Source: Planctomycetota bacterium (GTDB lineage: Bacteria > Planctomycetota > MHYJ01 > WSZJ01). Taken from it: 64,000 nucleotides of DNA. The stretch lies in contig JBBTCT010000002.1 of the NCBI GenBank assembly GCA_038060895.1, positions 32,001 to 96,000 on the forward strand, read 5' to 3'. Both the position numbers and the translations under genes were made by a program. Shown here in pieces: positions 35,659 to 45,166 of the stretch (position 1 is the stretch's first letter; every line of letters starts with the position of its first letter). Below the pieces are notes generated by a model. That model was not told the origin of the DNA and ran no database searches. It saw nothing but the letters and a program-made list of their open reading frames with translations.

Positions 35659-36969
35659 ATGAAGATCGCGCTCATCGCCGTTTCGGGAGTTCGCGTGCGC
35701 AACACGCTGCTCGACGTCCATAACGTGACGTTGCCGGGGTTCGTGCACCGCGGGAAAACGATTGCGAGCCTGCCGTCGCTTGGCCTCCTGACGCTCGCGG
35801 GCCTGACGCCCGCGGGACACGAGCTCCGCTACTTCGACATGCCGGAGCTCGACACGACGGTTCTCGAAGGGGAACAATTCGATCTCGCCGCGATCAGCGC
35901 CCTCACTGCAAAGGTCGACGTCGCCTACGCAATCGCCGGAGCCCTCCGCGCCCGAGGCACGAAAGTCGTCATCGGCGGCCTGCACGCGAAGATGCTCCCG
36001 CGCGAAGTCGCCCGCCACGCGGACGCCGTCGCCGTCGGCGAGGGTGAAGACCTCTGGCCGCGCATCGTCGAGGACGCGGCGCGCGGGACGCTGAAGCGCT
36101 TCTACGTGGAAGACGCGCCCGGTACCTACGACCTCGCGCGGTCGCCGCTTCCCCGCTTCGACCTGCTCGACATGACCCGCTACAACCGCATCACCGTCCA
36201 GACGTCGCGCGGCTGCCCGCACGACTGCGAGTTCTGCGCGGCGTCCAAGCTGTTCGGGAGGTACCGGAGGAAGCCGGTGGATCTCGTGTTGCGCGATGTC
36301 GACGCCGTGCGCGCCCGCTGGGAGCGGCCGATGCTGGAGTTCGCGGACGACAACACGTTCGCTGATCCGAAATGGGGTCAGGAACTTCTGCGCGGCCTGG
36401 CGGGGCGCGGAGTCCGGTGGTTCACGGAAACGGATTCTTCCCTCGGCCGTCATCCGGAACTGCTGGATCTCCTCGCGCCCGCCGGGTGCCGCCAGCTCCT
36501 GATCGGCTTCGAGTCGCCGCGCGCCGCTTCGCTCCAGGGCCTCGACGCGCAGAACTGGAAGCTCCGCCAGCTGGACGGCTACCGCCGCGACATTGAAGCG
36601 ATCCAGTCTCGCGGCGTAAGCGTGAACGGGACGTTCATCGTCGGGCTGGACGCCGACAATCCCGACGTCTTCGAGAAGATCGAGCGATTCGTGCGCGAGT
36701 CCGGGCTCGCCGAGGTCCAGGTGACCGCGCTCACCCCGTTCCCAGGCACGCGCCTCCACGCGCGCCTCGCCGCCGAGGGCCGCCTCCTCACGCGCAAGTA
36801 CTGGGACCGCTGCACGCTCTTCGACGCCACGTTCCATCCGAAGAACATGACCCTCGAACAACTCGAGGACGGCATGAACTGGCTCTTCGGAAAACTCTAC
36901 AACGACCGCGCCGTCGCGGAGCGGAAGCGCCGCTTCCTCGCGATGGTGCGGGCAAGGAGGGCCGGATGA
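35659..36969 (+). CDS. B12-binding-domain radical SAM protein
   Basis: PSLGLLTLA, VIGGLHA, GEGE, SRGCPHDCEFC, FADDN and TPFPGT motifs. Confidence 0.93.
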   Translation: MKIALIAVSGVRVRNTLLDVHNVTLPGFVHRGKTIASLPSLGLLTLAGLTPAGHELRYFDMPELDTTVLEGEQFDLAAISALTAKVDVAYAIAGALRARGTKVVIGGLHAKMLPREVARHADAVAVGEGEDLWPRIVEDAARGTLKRFYVEDAPGTYDLARSPLPRFDLLDMTRYNRITVQTSRGCPHDCEFCAASKLFGRYRRKPVDLVLRDVDAVRARWERPMLEFADDNTFADPKWGQELLRGLAGRGVRWFTETDSSLGRHPELLDLLAPAGCRQLLIGFESPRAASLQGLDAQNWKLRQLDGYRRDIEAIQSRGVSVNGTFIVGLDADNPDVFEKIERFVRESGLAEVQVTALTPFPGTRLHARLAAEGRLLTRKYWDRCTLFDATFHPKNMTLEQLEDGMNWLFGKLYNDRAVAERKRRFLAMVRARRAG

Positions 36970-37355
36970 ATCCCTGCGCGATCATCATCGCTCTGCTCAC
37001 CGCCGTGATTCTGCTTCAACCGCTGGCGCTGCCGGTCCTCTCGGCCGTTCGACGCAAGGGACCGGCTGCCGCATTGTTCTGGTTTCTGCTTTCACTCCTG
37101 CCCGCGTGCTGGCCCCTGGCGATCGTCGCGGGGCTGAGCGCCGGCTGGGAGGATGTCCTCACCCCCGGCCCCGCCGTCCATACGGGAGAATTCATGCTCT
37201 TCGGCCCGGCAGAGGAGATGTTCCCCGAGCTCGCGCCGATCCTGGCGCTCTTTGCCCTTCCCTCGCTGATGTTCGTCGTCGCCGTCCTTCACGACCGGAG
37301 GCGCCGGCGGCTCGAGCACGATAGACCTGCCCTCACGATCGGAGCTCACTCATGA
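36966..37355 (+). CDS. Hypothetical membrane protein
   Basis: Three hydrophobic segments; ATGA overlaps on both sides. Confidence 0.6.
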   Translation: MNPCAIIIALLTAVILLQPLALPVLSAVRRKGPAAALFWFLLSLLPACWPLAIVAGLSAGWEDVLTPGPAVHTGEFMLFGPAEEMFPELAPILALFALPSLMFVVAVLHDRRRRRLEHDRPALTIGAHS

Positions 37356-38707
37356 CATCGAGTCTGCAGACCGCTCCGCGACGCGCTCCCTCGCCTCACG
37401 AACTTGCGTGGCTCGCCGAGGAACTCCCCGCGTGGACGCGCGACGGCCTTCTCACCGAGGACCAGGCCCGCCGCATCCGCGCCCGCTACGATTTCGCCGA
37501 AATCGATCTCGACCGGCACGCCGGCCCCGGGCGCTTCGTCCAGGCGCTCTCCGTTTTCGGCGCGCTCCTCGTCGGCGCCGGCATCCTCACGTGGATCGCC
37601 GCGAACTGGGACGGCATGAGCGACGCCCTCCGGCTCGGGATGATCTTCGCGTCCGTCATCGGCCTCCAGTGGGGCGGCTACGAGCTCGCCTTCCGCCGCG
37701 GCAACCACCCGCACGTCGGCCAGGCCCTCCTTCTTATCGGCAACCTCGCCTACGGCGCCGGCATCTTCCTCGTCGCCCAGATCTTCCACCTCTCCGGCCA
37801 CTGGCCCAACGCGTTCCTCGCATGGGGCCTCGGCGCGCTCGCGGTCGCCGTGGCCGTCGAAACGGTCCCCGTGTTCGCCCTCGCGGCCGGCGCCCTCACC
37901 GTCTGGGGAATCGGCGAAGCGGCCGAATTCCACGCGACCGGACTCTGGAGCCTGGCCGCTGTCGGCGCACTCTTCGCCGTGTCGTACTGGCGGCACTCGA
38001 AGAGCCACCTCGCCATCGCCGTGCTCGCGCTCGGCGCGTGGCTGGGCGTCGTCCCCTTCGGATGGACGCATTCCGCGAGACTTCTCCCCGCCGTCTGGCT
38101 CGCCGGCGCCGGCGCGCTCGTCGCCGCCGGGGTCCTCCACCGCTCGCTCGGCCGCGCCGACCTCCAAGGCCCGTGGCGCCTCGCCGGCATCGGCGGCGGG
38201 ATGTTCGCGATCTTCCTCCTCAGCATCCGCCCCGTGGCCGGCGAATTCGCGTGGCGCGAAGGCGCCCGCCCCGATGTTGGCGCCGTCTGGGCCATTCTCA
38301 CTCTCGCGGCCGCGGCCGCGGGCTGGGCCCTCGTCGTCGCCACCGAACGCCTCTCCCGCCTCGAAGCCTGGGCCGCGCTCGCCGCCGTCGGCCTCGGCGC
38401 TACCTGGCTGTTCATAGGCACCGACGGAAGCGAAATCCCGATCGCCCTCCTCTTCAACATCGCTCTCTTCTCGGGAAGCGCGGGTCTCGTCGCGCTCGGC
38501 CTCCACGACCGCCGCCCGTCGCTCGCCTACTCCGGCCTGGGCTGGTTCGCGATCGGACTCTTCGCCCTCTACGTCGACTTTGGCTGGGACCGACTCGACC
38601 GTTCGCTGTTCTTCACCGTCGGCGGCCTGCTTCTTCTCGCGGGCGGATTGGCCCTCGAGCGCCAGCGCCGCCGCATCGCCGCAACCCTTCAGGAGGGCCG
38701 CGTATGA
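37352..38707 (+). CDS. DUF2157 domain membrane protein
   Basis: W...GLLTEDQA, WIAANW and LVAQIFHL motifs; about 12 TM helices. Confidence 0.85.
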   Translation: MTSSLQTAPRRAPSPHELAWLAEELPAWTRDGLLTEDQARRIRARYDFAEIDLDRHAGPGRFVQALSVFGALLVGAGILTWIAANWDGMSDALRLGMIFASVIGLQWGGYELAFRRGNHPHVGQALLLIGNLAYGAGIFLVAQIFHLSGHWPNAFLAWGLGALAVAVAVETVPVFALAAGALTVWGIGEAAEFHATGLWSLAAVGALFAVSYWRHSKSHLAIAVLALGAWLGVVPFGWTHSARLLPAVWLAGAGALVAAGVLHRSLGRADLQGPWRLAGIGGGMFAIFLLSIRPVAGEFAWREGARPDVGAVWAILTLAAAAAGWALVVATERLSRLEAWAALAAVGLGATWLFIGTDGSEIPIALLFNIALFSGSAGLVALGLHDRRPSLAYSGLGWFAIGLFALYVDFGWDRLDRSLFFTVGGLLLLAGGLALERQRRRIAATLQEGRV

Positions 38708-39228
38708 AGCGCCCCATCTTCTTTGCCGCCGCCGTCGCCGTGCAGGTCGCCGTACTCGCGTCCATGACGATGTCGCATTCCCGCGACGTCCGCGAGGGGA
38801 CCCGGGTCACGCTACACGTCGTGCCCATTGATCCTGAAGACCTCTTCCGCGGTCAGTACGTCCAACTAGGCTATGACCACTCGCGCCTCGACCTCACGAA
38901 GATGTGGGAAGGGCCGCGCCCGGTGGACGGTGGCGAGATCTGGCTGCGGCTCGAGCCGCGGGGAACCGCCTGGGTGCCAACGGCCGCGCGGTCGACCCGT
39001 GGCGAGCCGATGCCCGGCGCCGTCTGGATGCGCGGCCACTGCGGGTATCTCAACGGCAATGTCGCGTTGACGCGCTTCGGCATCGAGCAGTTCTTCGTCC
39101 GCGAAGGCCGCGGTCCTCAAATCGAGAGCGCTGTTCGGAGCGGAGCGGTCTTCGCCGAAGTTGCCGTCGGCGCGGACGGGACATCGACGCTGACGGCGCT
39201 GATCGTGAACGGGGAGAGGATCGAATGA
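38704..39228 (+). CDS. GDYXXLXY domain protein
   Basis: PIDPEDLFRGQYVQLGY and FGIEQFFVREG motifs; usual partner of DUF2157. Confidence 0.88.
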   Translation: MKRPIFFAAAVAVQVAVLASMTMSHSRDVREGTRVTLHVVPIDPEDLFRGQYVQLGYDHSRLDLTKMWEGPRPVDGGEIWLRLEPRGTAWVPTAARSTRGEPMPGAVWMRGHCGYLNGNVALTRFGIEQFFVREGRGPQIESAVRSGAVFAEVAVGADGTSTLTALIVNGERIE

Positions 39229-39725
39229 TCGACGAGGCTGGGGCCAACCAGGAGCGAACGAAGGCGGTTGCCTTTGCTCGAATCCTGGCTCTTGTCACTG
39301 CGTGGGCCCTCCTGATACCGCTGCTGCTGATCTACCTCGACTGCTACGGTCGCGCGGTTCCGGGGGAATACGCGCTCGCCATCATCCTGTTCGGTCCGGC
39401 GGTCTCTCTCGGCGCATTGGCACCCGTCCTGTTTTCAACAGTCGGCTTTCTCGTCTCTGGCCGACCCGGTGCGCTTCGCGGTTGGTCCATCGCCGCGTTC
39501 GTCGCGCTGATCGTGCTCGTGATTCACTCGTACGGCATGTTCGTGGAATTCCTAATCGCACTCATTCCCATCGTGCCGTCGGTCCTGCTCAGCGGACTGG
39601 CGGTCATTGATTGGGCGGACCTGTCGATCCCAGAGCCGGACCCGACACGCCGAATCGAATCCGACGCAGGTCACGACGAGTTGGGACTGGCGCGAATCGG
39701 TAGGTCGCGGTTTTCGCCGAAGTAG
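39225..39725 (+). CDS. Hypothetical membrane protein
   Basis: ATGA overlap; four hydrophobic helices. Confidence 0.55.
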   Translation: MIDEAGANQERTKAVAFARILALVTAWALLIPLLLIYLDCYGRAVPGEYALAIILFGPAVSLGALAPVLFSTVGFLVSGRPGALRGWSIAAFVALIVLVIHSYGMFVEFLIALIPIVPSVLLSGLAVIDWADLSIPEPDPTRRIESDAGHDELGLARIGRSRFSPK

Positions 39726-39750
39726 TGGTCAAACGAGGGAGGAGGCCAGG

Positions 39751-40224
39751 GTGTTCGCAGAATCTGAGATTTCTGCCTCAACCCGCTATGAGTCGGCGAC
39801 TCACATGCCGTCAGGCTGCGCACTGGTCATCGCAGCGGGCGTCGGGACTCCACTGCTGTTCCTTCTGACTTGGGTGCTGGGAGGAGAATCGCTGCTGGGA
39901 CCTGTTGCCTGGGTCTCGGGCGCCGTCATGACTTACGTGGGTGCCGCGATTCTCGGCTGCATTTGGCCTCGTGCTGCGCCTCTCAGCGGCCTGCTGCCGT
40001 TCGCCACAACGCCTCTGGCCGCGCTCGTTCTCTCAAGGGAGAACCCCTGGACTTGGCTGTCGAGCGCGCCTCTCCTGTGCATTGGGCTCTTTCCGTTCGC
40101 GTTGCTCGGCGGTTTCGCGGGACGGCGCGCAGCCGGATTCGAGGTGGAAGTCTCCCACCCCGATTCGCGTCCGCTCAGGCGTTACAAACCGCGGAAGGGG
40201 TTCTCTACCGCAACTCCGTCGTAG
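39751..40224 (+). CDS. Hypothetical membrane protein
   Basis: GGAGG RBS before GTG; four hydrophobic helices. Confidence 0.55.
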   Translation: MFAESEISASTRYESATHMPSGCALVIAAGVGTPLLFLLTWVLGGESLLGPVAWVSGAVMTYVGAAILGCIWPRAAPLSGLLPFATTPLAALVLSRENPWTWLSSAPLLCIGLFPFALLGGFAGRRAAGFEVEVSHPDSRPLRRYKPRKGFSTATPS

Positions 40225-40251
40225 ACCCTGCCGTGGGCCGGCCGGCCGTTA

Positions 40252-40279
40252 CCTTCGACTTTCAACCTTCGACTTTCGA
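40252..40279 (+). repeat. Heptamer tandem repeat (CCTTCGA family), same unit as the flanks of the four-helix-bundle gene
   Basis: ccttcga-ctttcaa-ccttcga-ctttcga-cccgcc. Confidence 0.88.
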
Positions 40280-40288
40280 CCCGCCGTA

Positions 40289-40885
40289 CTACGGGTGCAG
40301 CTCCACATCCCAGTACCGCTCGCTCACGAACCTCTCCCAGCTCGCGCGCTTGGCACCCAGCCGAAGCGAGATGAACGGCGTCCAGGGCGGGCGGATGGGC
40401 GACTTCTTGAGGAGCATCATCGCTTCGACGGGGGTGCGGTTCGCCTTGCGGCGGTTGCAGTCGACGCATGCGAGCACGCAGTTTTCCCACGTGGACTTGC
40501 CGCCGCGGGCGCGGGGGAGGATGTGGTCGATCGTCAGCTCTTCCGAGCCGGGCTGGTGGCTGCAGTACTGGCACGTGAAGTGATCGCGCTTGTAGAGGTT
40601 GCGCCGCGAGAACACGACTTCCTTCTTCGGGACCTCGTTGTAGAGGGCGAGGATGATGATCTCGGGGACGCGGATCTGGATGTTGACCGAGCGGATGCAG
40701 GGCTCGCCCTTCGAGACCGCCAGGTCGGTCCACGACTCGAAGTCGTAGGTTTCGTACGAATCGGGGGAGATGGCGCGGGCGAGGCCGCGGTACATCCAGA
40801 CGAGAGCCTTCCGCACGGTCGTGGTGTCGATGGCGACCCACGAGCGGTTCAGGACGAGTGCGCGGCTGTCGAGTGCGGTGTTCAT
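40289..40885 (-). CDS. HNH endonuclease (McrA-like)
   Basis: LVLNRSW, RDHFTCQYC, TIDHILPRARGG and ACVDCNRRKANRTP motifs. Confidence 0.93.
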   Translation of the reverse strand: MNTALDSRALVLNRSWVAIDTTTVRKALVWMYRGLARAISPDSYETYDFESWTDLAVSKGEPCIRSVNIQIRVPEIIILALYNEVPKKEVVFSRRNLYKRDHFTCQYCSHQPGSEELTIDHILPRARGGKSTWENCVLACVDCNRRKANRTPVEAMMLLKKSPIRPPWTPFISLRLGAKRASWERFVSERYWDVELHP

Positions 40886-41084
40886 GTCGATCCCATTATC
40901 CCCGAAAGGCACCGAAATAATAACGCTGACGGCACGGACTTTCTATGAGGGAAAAGGCGATCGGGTTTGGGAATTCTCGGCGGCGGGGCGGAAAAGTGGT
41001 AGCCGAATGTTAGCGAAGCGACGACAGGCTCGCTGGAGCGGTCCTTGCGCGCGGAAAATGGGGCCGCTAGAATCCGCTCGACCG

Positions 41085-41155
41085 TGGGGAGTAGTGTAAC
41101 GGTAGCACGGCAGACTCTGGATCTGCCTGTCAAGGTTCGAATCCTTGCTCCCCAA
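41085..41155 (+). tRNA. tRNA-Gln(CTG)
   Basis: Acceptor stem TGGGGAG/CTCCCCA, anticodon arm GCAGA-ctCTGga-TCTGC, GGTTCGAATCC T-arm. CCA is not encoded. TAGAAT -10 box upstream. Confidence 0.96.
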
Positions 41156-41239
41156 TTGAAAAGGGCTGGATCGTGAAATGCGGGGTGGCACGAACGGCCG
41201 CGCCACCCCGCATTTCACGATCCAGCCCTTTTCAATTGG
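41152..41239. repeat. Perfect 38-bp inverted repeat (12-nt loop) overlapping the tRNA 3' end
   Basis: ccaattgaaaagggctggatcgtgaaatgcggggtggc / gccaccccgcatttcacgatccagcccttttcaattgg. Confidence 0.95.
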
Positions 41240-41293
41240 CGGGAATGCCGGCGGGCTCGCCTCGCTCGCCCGTCCACGGCCACGGAGGAGAAC

Positions 41294-42901
41294 ATGGCGT
41301 TCGCTTATCCGACGGCGGGTGAAGTCCCGGCGGCGCACTTTCAGCCGGAATACGCCGGGTCGCTTCGTTACCTGGTCGACGGGCAAGTCAAATCCTGGAG
41401 CGGGAAGGCGGAGCCCGTCGAGAGCTGCATCATGCTCCGGCCGGACGGAGGCGGAGCTCCCTTGCGGCACCGGATCGGGATGCTGCCGCGGATGGACGAA
41501 GCGGCGGCGCTGACGGCGCTCGACGCGGCCGTGCGCGCGTGGGATCGCGGGCGCGGCGAGTGGCCGACGATGCCTGTCAAGGGACGCATTGACGCGGTGC
41601 GTCAATTCGCGAAGCGGATGGTCGAGAAGCGCGCTGAGTGCGTGCGGCTTCTGATGTGGGAGATCGGGAAGTCGCTCAAGGACTCGGAGAAGGAGTTCGA
41701 CCGGACCGTGGATTACATCGAGGCGACCGTGAACGCGCTGAAGGATCTGGACCGCACCGGCAGCCGCTTCGCTATCGACGGCGGCATCGTCGGGATGGTC
41801 CGCCGCTCGCCTCTCGGTGTGACGCTCTGCCTGGGTCCGTTCAACTACCCGCTCAACGAGACGTTCACGACGCTCATCCCCGCGATCATCATGGGAAACC
41901 CCGTCGTGATGAAGCTGCCGCGCTACGGCGCCCTGTGCGCGCTGCCGCTTCTCGACGCGTTCCGCGACAGCTTCCCCAGGGGTGTCGTCAACACGCTTTC
42001 CGGCGACGGGCCGACGACGGCGGGGACAATCCAGAAAACCGGCAAAGTCGACGTGCTTGCGTTCATCGGTTCGTGCCGCGCTGCCGACATTCTCAAGCAC
42101 GACCACCCGGCGCCGCACCGGTTGCGAAGCGTCCTCGGGCTCGGGGCCAAGAACCCCGCGTTCGTGCTGCCGGACGCGGACGTGGATCTCGCCGCGGCCG
42201 AGGGACTTGTCGGTTCGCTGTCGTTCAACGGGCAGCGGTGCACCGCGCTCAAGCACTTCTTCGTGCACCGTTCGATCGCCGAGGCGTTCGTCGCGAAACT
42301 TGCGGCGGGGGTCTCTGGACTCAAGGTCGCGCTTCCCTGGGAGGACGGCGCGAAAATCACGCCGATTCCCGAGCACGGCAAGGCGGACAAGCTGTGGGGC
42401 TACGTCGAGGACGCGGTGAAGCTCGGCGCGAGAGTTGTCAACCCGGGCGGCGGCGAGCGCGAGGGAACGTGGTTCCGCCCGGCGGTCGTATTTCCCGTCG
42501 TCAAGGGCGCACAGCTCTGGTCAACCGAGCAGTTCGGACCCGTCGTGCCCGTCTCGGTCTACGACCGCGACGAAGAACTCTTCGACTACGTCGTCGAGTC
42601 CCCCTACGGCCAGCAGGCCTCGATCTTCGGCCGCGATCCGAAAAAGGTCGGCGCGCTCGTCGACGTCCTCGTGAACCAGTTCTGCCGCATCAACCTGAAC
42701 GCCCAGTGCCAGCGCGGCCCGGACTCGTTCCCGTTCACGGGGCGCAAGGACTCGGCCGAGGGCACGCTCTCCGTCACCGACGCGCTGCGGGTCTTCTCAA
42801 TCCGCGCGATGGTCGCCGTGAAAGAGGGCGGCGAGCAGATCGTGAGCGACATGCTGACACAGCGCGCTTCGAACTTCGTCAGGACCGATTTCCTCTTCTG
42901 A
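41294..42901 (+). CDS. Aldehyde dehydrogenase family, non-phosphorylating NADP-GAPDH (GapN)-like
   Basis: GPFNYPLNE, FIGS, SFNGQRCTA, EQFGP and FPFTGRKDS motifs; GGAGG RBS. Confidence 0.85.
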   Translation: MAFAYPTAGEVPAAHFQPEYAGSLRYLVDGQVKSWSGKAEPVESCIMLRPDGGGAPLRHRIGMLPRMDEAAALTALDAAVRAWDRGRGEWPTMPVKGRIDAVRQFAKRMVEKRAECVRLLMWEIGKSLKDSEKEFDRTVDYIEATVNALKDLDRTGSRFAIDGGIVGMVRRSPLGVTLCLGPFNYPLNETFTTLIPAIIMGNPVVMKLPRYGALCALPLLDAFRDSFPRGVVNTLSGDGPTTAGTIQKTGKVDVLAFIGSCRAADILKHDHPAPHRLRSVLGLGAKNPAFVLPDADVDLAAAEGLVGSLSFNGQRCTALKHFFVHRSIAEAFVAKLAAGVSGLKVALPWEDGAKITPIPEHGKADKLWGYVEDAVKLGARVVNPGGGEREGTWFRPAVVFPVVKGAQLWSTEQFGPVVPVSVYDRDEELFDYVVESPYGQQASIFGRDPKKVGALVDVLVNQFCRINLNAQCQRGPDSFPFTGRKDSAEGTLSVTDALRVFSIRAMVAVKEGGEQIVSDMLTQRASNFVRTDFLF

Positions 42902-43025
42902 CTTCCCGATTCCTGCTGAAGAAGATGAGACCGGCGGCGTCATACAGGTGCAACGGACCTGAGTGAACCGGCGGATCGCAACGCTTCCCCGAACCCCCGC
43001 GGGGCGTGGCGCGACCGCCGGTATC

Positions 43026-44483
43026 TCAACCCGGCAGCTTCATCTGTGTCGTCGGCGAGCCGCCCTTCGCCGCTTCCTGCGGGAACGTCAGCGTCACCGT
43101 CGTCCCCTTGCCCGGTGTGCTTTCGATGGTCGCTTCCCCTCCATGGAGCGCCGCGACGCTCTTCACGATCGCCAGCCCAAGTCCTGTGCCGCCCATGCGG
43201 GAGTTTCGCGCGGTGTCGGCTCGGTAGAAGCGATCGAAGACCTTGGACAGGTGCTCGGCGGAAATGCCGGCGCCCGTGTCGCGGACCTGGACGAGCAGGC
43301 GGCCGGGCTCGTGAAACGCGCGCATCGTGATCGTGCCGCCCTTTGGCGTGTACTTGAAGGCGTTGGTGACGAGGTTCGAGACGGCGCGCTGGAAAAGGGT
43401 GCGGTCCACGCGAGCCGGGAGCGGCGCCGGGCAATCGACGGCGAGGGCGACGCCGGCCTCCTCGGCCTGCGCGGCGTGGTAGTCGCGCATCGAGGCGAAC
43501 TCGGTTGCGACGTCGAGGTCTACGGCCTGCGGTTTCGTCCGGTCCGCTTCGGCGCGCGCGAGGAACAGAAGCGAATCAACGATGCGTGTCAGCCGCTCCG
43601 CTTCCTCGAGGCACGACGCCAGGACGTCGGAGTATTCCGTCGCGGTGCGGTCGCGGCCGAGGGCGACCTCGGCGGTGGTGCGGAGGTTCATGAGCGGGGT
43701 GCGGAGTTCGTGGGCGATGTCGGCGGAGAAGCGGGAGATCTGGTCGAAGGAGCGCTGGAGGCGGTCGAGCATGGCGTTGAATGTGAAGGCGAGGTCGTAG
43801 AGTTCGCTGGGGAGTCCGTGCAGGGGGATGCGTTCGCCCAGGGACGTGGAGCGGATGTGCTCCGCGGTGGCGGCGATCGCCGTGACGGGGCGCATTCCGG
43901 CGCGGGCGATGATGTCGCCGGCGAGGGCGCAGGCGAGGAGCGCGAAGGCGCCCACGACGATTGCGAACTGCCGGAACCTCGACGTGAACTGGGCGTCGCG
44001 GCCGCGGTCCAGGATCGCGTGCAGAGTCCAGACGCCGGCCGCTTCCGAGAATGTCGTGACCGACACGCGGAGTTTGCGTCCGTCCCCTGAAGTGATGTCC
44101 GCGGGGCCGAAGGGCGGCCTGGGCATCACTTTCAGGGCAAGGCGAGCCGATGCGCCCGGTGTCTCGTAGATGGCGCCCGAGGGCGAGATCGCCCGCAGGT
44201 AGAACGGCTCGGATTCGCGCGTGCCGGCGCCCCGCTCGATTTCCTCCAGGAGCGTCACGGCGTCGCCCGGGCGGAGCTGGATGCGCGCACGGACCTGGTC
44301 GAGCCGGTCGCGCAGGAACTCGTCGTCCTCGTGCTCGAGGGCGCGGGCGAGCGTGAAGTAGCACGCGACGACGACCGCGAGCACGACCGCGAAGGACGTC
44401 CCCGCGTACCAGAACGAGAGACGGATCGCCAGCGAGCGACGGCGCTTCCCGGCCGCTCGCGGCGCTTCAGGCGTCGAGGGCAT
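43026..44483 (-). CDS. Heavy-metal sensor histidine kinase (CusS/CzcS-like)
   Basis: Two TM helices, HAMP domain, FSADIAHELRTP, NAFKY, DTGAG and GTGLGLAIV motifs. Confidence 0.92.
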   Translation of the reverse strand: MPSTPEAPRAAGKRRRSLAIRLSFWYAGTSFAVVLAVVVACYFTLARALEHEDDEFLRDRLDQVRARIQLRPGDAVTLLEEIERGAGTRESEPFYLRAISPSGAIYETPGASARLALKVMPRPPFGPADITSGDGRKLRVSVTTFSEAAGVWTLHAILDRGRDAQFTSRFRQFAIVVGAFALLACALAGDIIARAGMRPVTAIAATAEHIRSTSLGERIPLHGLPSELYDLAFTFNAMLDRLQRSFDQISRFSADIAHELRTPLMNLRTTAEVALGRDRTATEYSDVLASCLEEAERLTRIVDSLLFLARAEADRTKPQAVDLDVATEFASMRDYHAAQAEEAGVALAVDCPAPLPARVDRTLFQRAVSNLVTNAFKYTPKGGTITMRAFHEPGRLLVQVRDTGAGISAEHLSKVFDRFYRADTARNSRMGGTGLGLAIVKSVAALHGGEATIESTPGKGTTVTLTFPQEAAKGGSPTTQMKLPG

Positions 44484-45135
44484 AACCCACCCCGCGGACG
44501 GTGCGGATCAGCTTCTTGTCGAAAGGATCGTCCACCTTTGAGCGCAGGTGCCGGACATGCACGTCGATGACGTTGGAGACGCCGTCGTACTCGACGTGCC
44601 AGATGCGCTCGCTGATCTGCGCGCGTGAGAAGACCTGGCCGGGGGCCTTTGCGAGGAGCGACAGAAGCGCGAACTCGCGTGGCGTGAGGTCGAGGGTCTT
44701 TCCGGTGCGCGATGCCTTCTGCACGGATTCGTCGATCTCGAGGTCCGCGACCTGGACCTTGGTCGGGCGCGTGCCCACCCCGCGGCGCACGAGCGACCGC
44801 AGCCGCGCCACCAGTTCCGCGAACGAAAACGGCTTCACGAGATAATCGTCCGCGCCGAGTTCGAATCCCTTCACGCGGTCCGGCACTTCGTCCCGCGCCG
44901 TGAGCACGAGGATCGGGGTTCCGCGCCCTTCCTTGCGCAGCTCCGTCAGCACGCTCCACCCGTCGCGCTTCGGCAGCATGATGTCGAGCACGATGCCGTC
45001 GTACGCGTGCTCGCGCGCCAGGCGCAGCCCTTCTTCGCCGTCGGCGGCGTGGTCCACTTCGAAGCCGCTCTCGCCAAGCCCCTGCTTGAGCGCGGCGGCC
45101 GCCTTTTCTTCGTCTTCGACGACCAGGAGTTTCAT
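44467..45135 (-). CDS. OmpR-family response regulator (CusR/CzcR-like)
   Basis: LLVVEDE, LDIMLP, GADDYLVKPF and IRTVRGVGY motifs. Confidence 0.95.
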   Translation of the reverse strand: MKLLVVEDEEKAAAALKQGLGESGFEVDHAADGEEGLRLAREHAYDGIVLDIMLPKRDGWSVLTELRKEGRGTPILVLTARDEVPDRVKGFELGADDYLVKPFSFAELVARLRSLVRRGVGTRPTKVQVADLEIDESVQKASRTGKTLDLTPREFALLSLLAKAPGQVFSRAQISERIWHVEYDGVSNVIDVHVRHLRSKVDDPFDKKLIRTVRGVGYALDA

Positions 45136-45166
45136 AGGGTCGCCCGCGATTGTACCGGGGAAGCGA

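Noticed and set aside
40289-41239. HNH gene plus tRNA as a prophage or integrative element boundary
   Set aside because: There is no integrase, no duplicated tRNA 3' end and no phage genes, and this HNH type is often chromosomal.
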